Assembly: GCA_051294905.1 (NCBI GenBank)
Contig: CM119384.1
Coordinates: 8,680,001-8,744,000, forward strand
Source of the DNA: Botryllus schlosseri
Lineage: Eukaryota
DNA: 64,000 nucleotides
Reading direction: 5' to 3'
The number at the start of each line of letters is the position of its first letter. Within the stretch, counting starts at the first letter, position 1. Below are positions 1-12,500 of the stretch, in pieces. A program made the position numbers and the translations under genes. Under the pieces are notes generated by a model that worked only from the letters and a program-made list of their open reading frames with translations, was not told the DNA's origin and did not search any database.

Positions 1-312
1 ATATTTAACTTTATATTCGGTATTTGATTCAAGATAAATGGTCAATTAATCTATCTTTCACATAGCTAGCAAAGTGTAATGACTTTGAATCATCTCTCAT
101 ACTTTGAAAACTCAATTTGACTTGAATTGTGACTTGACTCGTGACTTGACTTGACTTGACCCGACTTGACTCGAGTCACCTCCAAAAAAAGAATGACTTG
201 GCTTGACTCGAGTCACCTTCGAAAATCGATTGACGGGACTTGACTCGAGTCAAAATGTGCAATGACTCGACATGACTCGTGACTCGAAGGTAGTGACTTG
301 ATCCCAACACTA
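1..312. mobile_element. Right end of hAT-type non-autonomous element, family F1 (TIR CAGTGTTGGGAT, GACTCGAGTC/GACTT subrepeats), cut by window edge
   Basis: Ends ...GTAGTGACTTGATCCCAACACTA. Nearly identical to 43970-44096 and to the reverse complement of 49899-50100. Confidence 0.85.
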
Positions 313-1131
313 TTCTAATCACGATAACGATATTTACTCTCGTGACGTCACAGTGGGTTCAGAACGAATAGTAACTCATTAACTATGCAGTTAATTCATC
401 ATTGGGCTTGGAAGAAATTGAATAAGCGACTATTTGAGTCCCCCTTTAATAAGGCTTACGAAAACCACACGAAGTCATATAAACTGTCGAAACTTTCTGT
501 GAATAGCCAGAAATCACTTGGTGATTGCGGAACGTACATTACATGCATACATACAATCAGGCCCATAACTGCCGCACCCCAAACCCCCCAATTGGGAGGG
601 GGCAAGCTCGAAGGGGGCCCAAAATTATTTCGTGAATTAGCATAAATTATAGAGTATTTTTTGAAACTTTATGCAACTTTTTCAAAAATTTTTCGCGATT
701 TCAGGTTGCCAATAATCTTGATTTTGGGGTTCTCTTCCCTCAAGAAAATATACGCAAGATTTATAGAACTGGGCATATTGGCGCTGGCCATTACCGCGCC
801 ACGACGAACCAAGTCATATAAAGTAGGCCATGTAACATGCGACTCCAAGAAGGGTGCCAGAATAATCGGCAGCAAGAAAAACTTGGCCAAAAAGGACTGC
901 CCTAATGCTGACCGAAAACTTCGTTATAGATACAAAATACTGTCTTGGCATTCTGAACCTCACAAGACAAATATCATCCCACAGGAAAAAATTGTATGCC
1001 AGTGAAGAAATACCAATTTGAAATCGTGTGCGTCTCTTAGTTTCGTAGCCTACGTTATGGCGATTCTATATTTTTTTTTATATAGCGGACAGGAGGTCAC
1101 GAAATAACATCATGTTAAGGAGTTATACCAA

Positions 1132-1615
1132 AGGTCCCTACAGTGTCCCAGACACCTCACTCAGCTCTACCGGTAAATCTGATTACGTGAACAGAGAGGA
1201 TAAGAAGTTGATAGCAATGTATATGCAATTCCAGATCTTATTGACCGATTTTATCATGAATTTTCTAAAATTTTCGCGCTTCGCGCTGGCTCGCTGAGCA
1301 GTACAACTCATTTCGTCGCAAAAGCGAACAAGGTGATGGGGGGTAGGTTTATCACCCTATGGGAGCCCCAAACCCAAGATTTTTTGCGGGGCCTGACGAG
1401 GTGCTGTTTCATTCCTGCCAACGGGTATACGCCCGAAGATGTTTAATTATAATATTGAGGGGTCCTACCTTTTCAAACACACCTCACTCAGCTCTACTTG
1501 TAAATCTGATTACGTGAGCAGAGAGAGGACAAAAATTGATAGCAACATATATGCAATTCCCGATCATATTGACTGATTGAATAATGAATTATAGAAAATT
1601 TTCGCGCTTCGCGCG
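1132..1615. repeat. Local direct repeat of ~160 bp (about 1132-1290 and 1462-1615), probably transposon remnants
   Basis: Both copies share CACCTCACTCAGCTCTAC..TAAATCTGATTACGTGA..TATATGCAATTCC..AAAATTTTCGCGCTTCGCGC. Confidence 0.7.
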
Positions 1616-2234
1616 TTTAGGCGAGAAAAGCTGACCCACTAAACGGCCCCCAATATAGAGGATAAGTAAGTAGCGGTATTAAGCGAACAGTGTGAGGGGG
1701 GCTGGGGGGCGAAGCTCTCCAGAAGTCTGGTTCATCAACATATGGGGGGCCCAAGACCAACGTTTTGGGGGGGGGCTGGCGAAGTGCTGATACGGCCCTG
1801 CATACAATGCATATAAGGAGGACGAAATATCGGGCAACGCAAAACATCACGTTAAAACGAGACTTGATATACTATATGCGCCAAATATAGTTAATGCCAC
1901 TTTTGAGTAATCGAATATCATCACCATGACATAACGCATGACTTATGTTGCGCCACCAGCCAATCGACAATCTTTCCAATTTCTCTGTAACTATCCCAAG
2001 GCGATGGTCAACTAATCCGATGAACCTATTCTTGGAATTGTAAGAAATAGTAATTGCTTTATTGGACATCGTTCCAGTCGTTTCCCACGATGACTATGTT
2101 TTACACCTAATAATCACTAGCTGTAAATACCAAGTATTCTAATTCTTCCCTATACGACGATAGTAAATAAGTCATTTACGATGTCATCTCTCCGGAAGAA
2201 GAAGTTGTGAGTTATGCACTTGTCGAGGGATGCT

Positions 2235-2242
2235 TATATAAA
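2235..2242 (+). promoter_or_regulatory. Candidate TATA box of gene 1
   Basis: TATATAAA about 130 nt upstream of the ATG at 2372. Position only, no transcript support. Confidence 0.3.
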
Positions 2243-2371
2243 CGGTCAGATAGTTTATTCAAACATTTTTGCAAGGGGTCTACTGAATCAGGGTGCACTA
2301 GTAACTTTGGATGTATCTTTGCAGTTTTCTTAGCCGTAAGTAAGATTAATACCAGTACTTGACGGACAGAA

Positions 2372-5300
2372 ATGAAATCAATATACCTAGTTCTGTTAGC
2401 CTTTGCATCAACTGCATCAGCATTTCTGTATCCAACGGATAGCGGTACGCAAGATACTGGCAGTTGGTCGGATTGGGGTCCTTGGTCTCCGTGTTCATCG
2501 TCATGCATGATCAGTCGCGTTAGGAAATGCAACGCCAAGACATCAGGGTCCGTATTGCGTTTGGGTTTGCACTCTTCCTTTGATTAATATTGGTATCACT
2601 TCAGATCATCTATTGACCTGACCACATTGATGCTTCTTGAGAGTATGGGAAGCTCCGGATCGTCATCTAGCATCTCATCTCTTCTTCCACTTATTGCTAG
2701 TGGCGGGTAAGTTGTGTTAGCTACCGGAACTAATTTTTCATTACGATACTGCTTCTCAAAGTTCGATCTCCACGCTTTAATTTCGAAAATGTTCTGTTAA
2801 ATTCAAAAGTTAACGACCATAAAGCAGGCTAGCTTTGGATTGAAATTAAGGTAAGGTTCCAATATCACTCTAATAGAGACGATTCCGCTTCCGTTGACAA
2901 AGCGAATGCGATTGCTGCAAAATCCCACTCGTTTCCACGGAATCAGGATTATTCATGATTGCATTTAGATTGGCTCTGTATCTACACATGTTCAAAGACT
3001 AAATAGCGATTGAGGTATTATTTGAGTTACTATAAAACAAAGTATACAATGTGTGTTGTATATATATTTCCTTGGTTACGTCACAAATTATCAATGACGT
3101 CACTTTTCGCTGACGGTTCTTTCTTCCATTTTCCAGCCTCGCCCATATTGACCAGATGTGTTTGGGCGTATAAAAACAATAGATTGCAACTGTGAATGAA
3201 GAACAACGAATTATATAAATTTGTCATTCTATTATATTTGATAATTCCAACAAAATGGCGTAAAACGAGAGCGAGGTTCTGTCATAACAATCACCCCATC
3301 ACGTAAATACGGTTTATAGCGTATTACTTAGGGTTACCATACGTCCTCTTTGAAGAGGATTCGTCCTCTTTTTTGACTTTTTGGAAATTGTCCTCGGAGG
3401 ACGCCCTTTTGTCCTCTTTTTTGCGATTTTGTCCTCTTTTTTGTGAATTTTGGACATATTTATAGCAAAATTCGACTTAGACGCGGTGAATTAGCACCGA
3501 AGTGACGCTCCGGCGCATATTTCGGGAGCAGAGTGGTAAGTTGACCTTTTTGAACCACCCGATAACGTGAAGGAAAAAACCGTATTATGGGCACCGTGCG
3601 AGAAAGTTGACCTTTTTCTTTTTTTAGTCAACCGACCACAAAGTGGGAAAAATTTACTATTTTTTGAGAATTCTACTTCGGGTTTGCAAGTCTGAAAATT
3701 CTGAAAAAGTGTCCTCTTTTTAGATTTCCAAAATATGGTAACCTTAGTATTACTACAATGTCAGCGATATCATGATATCTCTGGTCCATTATGGACGAGG
3801 ATGAATCCCGGCTCCAATGCGAATAATTACTTTACTATGTATGAAATATGCCGAAATAAATGTGCAGTAAGACGATTACATTGAAACCACTGAGTTTGCA
3901 TACATGGTTTGATACTTGAATATTCAATATTCATGCTACATACGAACATCCAACTCGTTAATTAGACTAGTTATGCGACATTAATCCGTCTGAATGCTCC
4001 CCCGCATGTTTGCCTCGTGGTGATCACACCGTAGACTGATCGACTCGGCTAATCGCGAGAGTATCGACATTAATGAATCATGAAAACGTTTTAATCTAAG
4101 TAGGCCACCTTTGCCTTCCGCATTTGTTCGAGGCTAGAAATGCAACGGTATCATGTCATGTTCATGGCGGGATGATATTGCAATTACGCTATCAGCACGG
4201 ACGTTTCAACACAGCTATCGCATCTGTATCACCAGGGGCGCAGTTGGTAGTTCGAAGGTGGGTTCGCCCGCCTAAAACAAAATTCGACTGGACATCGTAA
4301 CTTTATCAGCATCCACTCGGTCACAGTAGATCCGTGACGTCACGCTATTGTTAGATATTGCTATCGCAAAAAGTTTTCACATGGCCTTAATTTTCATCCT
4401 GGTTACACCTATGCCTGTTACTTGTCTCTTTAGTTGTCATAGGGTAGAGGCTTTATATTTTCATTTTGATCAAAGATAATTGCGTGATCGCTATTTTACG
4501 ATGTACTGGATTGTGCAAAATAACCGATTACAATCATTATTACTTGAAAGTCTTTGAATGGCCGGGATTGATTTAGATTACAGATGGCGATGCCCTATGT
4601 CCGGATTACATTATACTCAATTTTAATGTGAAAAGAGTGTTTTAACCCAATTTAGTTACGCCTGTGTTCGTGCTGTGCTGGAAAATTTGCGCTGGGTGAT
4701 TTAGTGCTAGATCATTGTCAAACGTATTAAATTAGTCATACATGACAAGAAATGTAGATATTTTTAGATCTTTAGATGTGTCATCTCTCATGCTGATGAA
4801 TGCGCTAGGATCTTCCTCATCAAGTAACAGCTTTCTTCCGCTAATCATGTCGGGCGCTCTTGGAGGTGGTTCAACTGGTATGGGTGATACCGATTCGTTG
4901 ACAACACTACTCTTGCTCACGTCAATGACCGACAACTCAACGTCTTCTTCTTCCAATGACTTGCTGATGTTGATGTTAGTTGGAGGGGGCGGTCTGGGTG
5001 GATCCAGCGGAAACGGCGGAGGGTTGTGAGTGGGCCTGGCCGTAATCAGTGAACGAGAAATATATTACTAAGGGTGTCTTCATACAGATCCTCGCAGGAT
5101 CCTCTGATCACCATGCTTCTCCTCAACTCTATGAGCAGCAACAATTCGTCTGGAATGTCCGATATATTGCCTCTCATCAATTTACTGTCCAATTCTGGGA
5201 CAGACCAGTCTTCGGACATGTCACTCATGCTAATGCTCATGAATATGGGCAATAACAACTCGTCTAGCATAGACCCTCTTTTACTACTTCAACTCTTAGG

Positions 5301-6672
5301 TCAAGGGTCGTCATCCGGGTCGTCATCCGCGACCCAATGCACAGGCTTGAGCATAGAAAGAACGGTAAAGTATAATCCGATTGTGTGATATATTCCAGCT
5401 GTATTACATGGAAGTGACATTTTCTCAGAAATGCGGCGATCAGAAATGTGGCCTCGGCACGTGCCTCACCAACTGGGGTCCGTTTGGGGACTGTTCTGTT
5501 ACTTGTGGCGGAGGATCTAGGAGGAGAATTCGCTCGTGTACGTGCACGAGCCCTATGACGGGAATGCCTCAATGTACTCAACCTTTGGAAGAGAAGAGCC
5601 CATGCGGCCATAATCCATGTGGTGAGAATAGGCCTACTTTTATTCTCGTAGATCAGTGGTTCTCAAACTGGGGGCGCGCAAGCTTCTGAAAGGTGTGCGA
5701 AGCCGCAGTCAACTGAATAAATTTTCGCGCCATGCGCGCTTTACCTCCAGCTCGGTATTTACTATGTCTGCAGTCCGAATTTCATATTCGAGAATTCTGT
5801 CTAAAAAAGTTTGAGAACCACAGTTGTAGATTATGCCTATTCATAGTTGTTAAGAAACGCCTCACGCCACGACAGGATCACCGGACGCTCAATGGTTAGA
5901 ATGGGGTCCGTACAGTTCTTGTCAGCCATACGGAATGAAATGTTACAAGACCAAAAGGAGAAGCTGCTCCATAGACATCGGATGCGTCGGCGCTTTCGAG
6001 CAAGCAGTGGAATGTACCTGCGATAGTGCGCCTGAAATTCAACCGGAAGGTCCGTGCGCAGTGTCCTGGTCGAATCGAGTAGACTGTGGAGTTCCTGGAA
6101 TCACGCGGAGTATGTGTGAGCAGTCCGGATGCTGCTTTGACTCCTCATCGCTCAACAGCTTTTGGTGCTATCGTAAGTTATTGAATGTTCTCGCAGTGTA
6201 CCAATGAATCCAAATATATCGAAATGGAAGTCGTTCAAGTTATATAACATTAGGGCTGAGATTTACTGTTGTGAAAGTATGGGTATCACAANNNNNNNNN
6301 NNNNNNNNNNNNNNNNNNNNNNNNNNNNNNNNNNNNNNNNNNNNNNNNNNNNNNNNNNNNNNNNNNNNNNNNNNNNNNNNNNNNNNNNNNNNNNNNNNNN
6401 NNNNNNNNNNNNNNNNNNNNNNNNNNNNNACTTTAGCGTAATTATACATCTGCCGCAATTACAGGCTTCTTTGTATACTAGCCTCTGAGCACTTCTCCGC
6501 CATCGACTGTAGAATAACTAATGCAAATTAATGATACAATACATGTTTAAATATGCATGCATGCTGCATTGCTTTTATTTATGAAACGACGGACTTATTG
6601 ACAAAACACAATTCGCGTGCCAATTTCATACGCAACAAATGATTATTTTCTACAGATCCTAACAGCGGTTGA
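2372..6672 (+). CDS. Gene 1: secreted protein (~439 aa), signal peptide + 3 TSRs (first split by a long Ser/Leu/Met/Gly insert) + trefoil domain
   Basis: Exons 2372-2547, 2605-2706, 4768-5025, 5088-5364, 5429-5621, 5876-6172, 6656-6672, all GT-AG and frame-consistent (1320 nt). Signal MKSIYLVLLAFASTASA. TSR motifs WSDWGPWSPCSSSC, WGPFGDCSVTCGGGSRRRIRSC, WLEWGPYSSC. Trefoil CAVSWSNRVDCGVPGITRSMCEQSGCCFDSSSLNSFWCY. The last exon is less certain because of the N gap. Confidence 0.8.
3329..3746. mobile_element. hAT-type MITE family F4 (418 bp) in gene 1 intron 2
   Basis: TIRs TAGGGTTACCATA / TATGGTAACCTTA. Perfect 8-bp TSD GTATTACT (3321-3328, 3747-3754). GTCCTCTTT subrepeats. Confidence 0.9.
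5654..5823. mobile_element. Charlie-like hAT MITE (170 bp) filling most of gene 1 intron 5
   Basis: TIRs CAGTGGTTCTCAAAC / GTTTGAGAACCACAG. TSD TCGTAGAT / TTGTAGAT (7/8). Confidence 0.85.
6292..6429. other. Assembly gap (138 N) inside the last intron of gene 1
   Basis: Run of N. Confidence 1.
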
Positions 6673-9505
6673 AGAAGGACAGTTCCTGCAATTTCTAAGG
6701 AAGTGCGGATATAGAGTTTTTTATTCTGTTTAATAGTTACATTTCATGTTTTCTCTTTGCCATGTTGCTTAAAGTAAAATCACGGAGCCGAATAAACCGA
6801 ATTGCAGTCTTGAAATCATCTGATAAGATTTTTAAGAAAGTTGAGATACGAACTGAACCGAATTGCCAAAGCAGTAAAGTCCGGAGAATCTCCAATGTCG
6901 ATTGACTTCGTTTCGTTGTGCAGTTGTAGATCTCTGACTCGATCCTGAAGCGCGCTATATGGTATACTTACTTCACGACATTAAATATATTCTTCAAACA
7001 AGTAAATTAACCTGAATAGAAGCATAATATACAAGCAGAAACCGTGGACCGAGAACAGATTTGAGACTGTAGCAGGCAGGACATATTCGCTGTAGTATAT
7101 TGAAGGTGACGCCTATATATAGTCCGAAGCAAACCTTTGAATAAGCTCGATAAATATCTACTATATATAGTACGTCATTTATATAAAGTTCCGATAAACG
7201 TATACCATACACGACTTACACGTGCATCTGTAATTAAAATCTTAAATAACTTTAATCACCTAAACGATATTATATATATTCGATTTTATTCTAAATCGAA
7301 CGCTAAAAATGTTATCTCAAATTTCCGGTTGTTCCGAGATTGAAGCCATTACGTCGAAAATTACAGAAATTCGAGCCACCTATGAAATATTCTCCTTCCA
7401 TACGCGTATGAGTAATATCGTAGAGCTAGAAATAAGACACGGATTCTAAATTGAAGTAGTCACGTATAGTCGACGTTGAATGCACCTGCGGCTTCTACAA
7501 GAAAACTATATTTCTTCCAAAGTAATCTCTCAATATCGCATCAAATAAGCCTACTCCTATTAGCAGATGCTGATAAAGTTGTATTTTTTCAGTATATTCA
7601 GAATTCGATCATTATCAATTTTCCCCAGTATTAAATGACGCGCAACTGGCGTCCCTCGTGTACCAGACACACAATTGTCGAATTTAGTCGGTCCGCACTG
7701 GTTCTATAAAATGGCCTCTCGAAATTTTTGAAACTAGGGAACCGGTTAGCATTACAGGCAATGACTGGACTGACTGAAAAATGTGACATTTGTGATAGAA
7801 CCGGATGACAAAAAATTCCAGTCCGACCACAGCCTCTATTTATCACTGGCCCACATTAACTCGAATAATCCCACATTTTTCGGTTCAACTTGACTCTCCA
7901 GCATTCTTGCTGATAGGAAACCAATGAGCCTAGCCGATAACAATTATTGCGATTGAAATATGCCTATTGCTGTTTTAATGTTCAAGTATTTTCATCCATC
8001 GGCAGATAATTATCAGATAAAATGTATGCATAAAATATTATTATCATCATAGCTGCACGCACAGTGTATGAAATCCATAACATACTCTATAATATATTAG
8101 CAAGAACGTTGACTTTTTGAAACTATTTTTGACTGAAAGTTCACATACGGTATTGCAAAAAATCCTCCGAACATACGAGCCTGTAATAACGTGATAACAT
8201 GCAAATAACTAGTTTTATGTATAAAACAAGGTAAGCCATTCTTCTCGATCACTTAGTAGACAGATATGGTATCCTTTCACGCCACTTAATTGAGCCAACA
8301 GCGATAACGAGAGATTTCATGTGGTTTCAAACCAAGATCGCTTGGATTTTGAAGAGGGTCAAAACAAGGAATGAGCGTGTTAGAAATAACTTCACAATGT
8401 CAAATTGCACTAGAATTGAAAATAATATTGAAAATATTTATTAACCCTCTACTACAACTCATATTAGAACACAACCCTATGAATGTCACAGCTATATACG
8501 AATAACCCCCGCGGCGAGAAACCTACTATTTCGTCGGGATGGCGCACAATTCTGGAGCTATAGTCTGTCGTCGTCGCGTTCTACACGACAAACGTCACGA
8601 TCTAATTTCGGTCATCATGTGATAAGGGCCGGCATGTGGTTACTTTTATGATACCGAATTGATTTACTTGCAGTCTAATAAGAAACAACAGTGTGAAGAT
8701 GTTGAGGTGAAAACCAATGATTCCACAATTCTGAAAGCAATACGTTAAGGATATTTTACGACATACGACCGAGATTTTATGACATTAATGGTGAACGACG
8801 CGGTAACTTGAAATATGTACAGGATTTGCTAATTCAAATTATCAAATTATTGGTTAGGAGAAGTTCAAATTTTTAGCTGGATGTGGCAATCAACGCTATA
8901 ACTAGTTAATCAAAAACTATTTTAGGCAATTGCATAGATCCGCATAGACGTTGAAGTGATTTAACCGGAAGCTCATATAGGTATAAATGTAGGTCCATGC
9001 CGTCAACCTCGTATTTTCTCAAGGTTCCATCTCCATACGATCTCAATTAAAAAATAGATACCCACAAGCTAAGATAACTGGCAATACGCTTACACAAAAG
9101 CTAAGTGTTGTAATAAAATGATATTCGGGATGTATTCGTTTCTCCCGGAGCAGCGGCTATACGTTCAAATCATCCAACGTTTTGTGATTCAAACTAACCA
9201 AAATTTAGCTCGGTGTAGCGCCCGGGGGGCAGAGTACCAGCTGAAGATGTCGTGGGGTAGCAGTGCTGGTTGGAGGAAGGCTGATCAGATAAGGTTTCTT
9301 TTTTAGAGACAGGAGTATTTTGGCAATATAGGAGGACGATTATGAATTTTCAGCCCATTCAGCGTAGTCTCAGATGTCAATCGCAGCTCTACTAGCGAGA
9401 CTGTAGTTCAGATTTTTAAGCGTGACTGGTAATCCGTCAATAGCGCCTGACCATATTTGACGAGCTATTTTCTTCCACGCAGGCTTAGTATCTCCAACAA
9501 TTATA

Positions 9506-12500
9506 ATGGAGAGCCTATTTCATTTGCTACTGCTGACCTTTTTGGTTGGGGCAATTCATGCCCAAATACCTGGCATCGGCAGCCAAGAACCAGTTGTTGC
9601 GGTGACTGGTTTGAGCCTTGGTAACGTTAGAAACACTGGTAATAGCATAACGAAATGTTCCCGCCCTACGTATTTTTACGGAAATACTTTACAGGAAGCG
9701 AATTCAGTCTCGAGGTTTGGCAAGGAAATCCAGTTTCATGGAGAGAGTGGACAAATTGGAGTGGGTGTACTGGATCCTGTGGAGTTGGTACGCAAGAACG
9801 GCGCAGAGAATGCTGGTTCAGGAGAGAAATAGTCGACATCGGGTAATACCTTGAAATAATTTCGAAAAACAACCCACTCTCATTGAGATTTCGTACAGAC
9901 GCGTTCCGGATATAGCGGCTGCGTCATCTGGTTCTAGCGATCAGTCACCAAATACGCGACAGGGGAGGTTCTCTGATATTGTTACAGGAGAAGGATGCTA
10001 CGGATACGCGAGTCAAGCCCGGGTAAACCTCATTCGCGCTTGCGATTTATACCACATATGTCTGACGCATTGATGCAGCAGTCTGCAAATCGCATTCATA
10101 GAAACCCATAGAATGATTATACCCTATGTAATTTTTAAGAATCCGAATCTGCTGCGAAAGCAATTATTGTCGAGTTTCTGAATCCGAATTCGATTTCCAG
10201 AATTTTTTAATCCAAATCCGAACTATCCTAAACGAAGTTATGGGTTAAAATATGAAACAGAATCCTAAAATATCCAAAGTTGGACTACGCACAATCGGTA
10301 TCCCATCTTAACTTTTGAAGACTGGGCAATATACCTATCCACTTCGCACCATAATTATACTCATTATGACTGCCGCAGTGCTGTTGCTTATCTACAAAAG
10401 TTGGGAATCTATACAGTACCTGATTACTGTCCTATCTATCACCGAGCTGTTCGATAATCTGATGAACAATGAACATCATGAATGACTTCCCAACGGCTCT
10501 ATGTAATCCACCTTTAGGCAGGAGTGGTTAGTAACCATGCTGGTTCGTTAGTTCCATTTTTCGGTTTTGACGTGTAGTCGCTACCTGTTTCCACTGCTTA
10601 CCCCAGTGCACACGTGGTCAAATAAACCATTGGGTATACGTAGTAGTACGAGAAGTATTGCTGTCAATTTCGGTACTCTTCGATACACGCACTAATATCG
10701 AGAACTACTGTTACTATTCGGAAAATAGAAGTACATTTTTAGGCGTAGGCAGCAGGGTGCTTCGTAATTTCGAACAGTCCCTTTCTAGGATCAAGTAGCC
10801 AACCCCTTCCTTTAGAATCCCAAATCGAACTTTTCTCAGCATAATCGCTCATTCGTAATTAGATGCACGCTTAGCGTTTCCGCCGAACAATGTCACAATG
10901 TGACGATGTCCTTTTCTCCTATTCTTCTCTCGTCTGAGAAAACTAGTTAATTTGAACGCGCTCACCGCTCAGCCAGTAATACAAACAATCACCAACATTG
11001 GAGGCGAGAAAAATTAGATCGGTCGCGGGCGCACGGCTTCCGACGCGCGGCAGCGCTCTAATCAGTGCTGCCGTTGACATGATTTTTGGGACAATGATTA
11101 GACTCAAAAAGAACAGTACAAATAAGATAAGTACCAAAGTCATTGTTTTATTCGTATATTTACGAGCCGTGCCATATAACATTATATACCTTTTGCCAGA
11201 AACAACCTGCTCGAGCAACTCCTAATGTCTTGCAATAAAAATTACGACACACTTCTTGCATTTTTGGGTATCACTGTGATCTGAACTAACGGTCTTTCCT
11301 GTTGCCGACAGGGTACTGTCACCATTGTTGTTGTTGATATTGCAAAGTGCGAAACGCCCGCCCTTCAAGCTTTGTTTGACAACACCAAAATCCTGACGAA
11401 ACTAATAAGTTTTACAGATGTAGACTTTTCAGCAGCAAAAAACTATATGTGTAATGTAATATATTTAGCATTCATTTATAGTTCAGCGGCCTTCCTTTAC
11501 TTTTTGAGCGTATTTATTACACCATCATAACATAAACCGAGTTTGGCCCCCTTGTTATACCAAGAAAATATTGAAGGCCTCACATTCATAAGCATCGGCC
11601 CTGATTCACGAGATTTGCACCAAGTCATATAGAATGTCTTGAGTCATATGACTTGGTCGAGTCATGCGCTATGACTCGAGTATAAGTCAGAGTTGATGCA
11701 CAAAATGACTCCAGTTAATCGAATCATTTTCCATTTTTAAGAAAATAAATTGACTCAAGTCGATTCAACGAAAATGTACGACTCGAGTCATTACAACCCT
11801 GTAACAACTAGTTGAAGTATTCGTGATCAACTTTCAATGAACCGCCGACATTTAGAAAACCGTCCAGCATCTTTGCTTGTTACTTTCAGGGCTGTGCTCT
11901 AACACCTTGTATTGGTACTCTGGGACCATGGACTACATGGTCCGCATGCAGTGCACCATGTGGAGAAGGCTCACAATTCAGGACTCGAGTATGCCAAGGA
12001 CCTGGAGAATGCATTGAAGAGACGTTTGCCACAAGAGCGTGCAATGCTGGTCCATGCTGTAAGATGCATCAGTTTTATGTGAACATGTGTACTCTGCCTG
12101 CAGGGTTGTAAAAAAGTCACATTGGTCCCGATTCACAAGTCAATCTCACTTGCATACCGTAGTTTTGACTCGAGTAAAGTTTAATCCTTTTCAATTCAGC
12201 ACAGAGTGAAGTCGTGGTAATGAGGGTCGAGTCCCGAGTTGAGTAATGTTCACCCCGATTTTTTACAACTCTGCTGCTTGGGTGATCTCGACTGCCTCGC
12301 ATTCATAGTATGCTGGTTTTCATGATTCTGAACAATTTCTGGTGCTAATTTTGATGTACGAGTACTGATATACGATATGCCAATAATGTGGAACTTTTCT
12401 TTGTGTAACCACTATTCTTTGAAGTTACAATTTAGTGCCTGTCTCATCCATCCGATTCCAGAGTGATACGCAATGACTCGAGTACCTACAAGTGGAGTCA

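Noticed and set aside
385-2069. Short ORFs and G/C-run sequences at the window start
   Set aside because: They look like MITE debris (GGGGGC runs, TTTCGCGCTTCGCGC), with no coding support.
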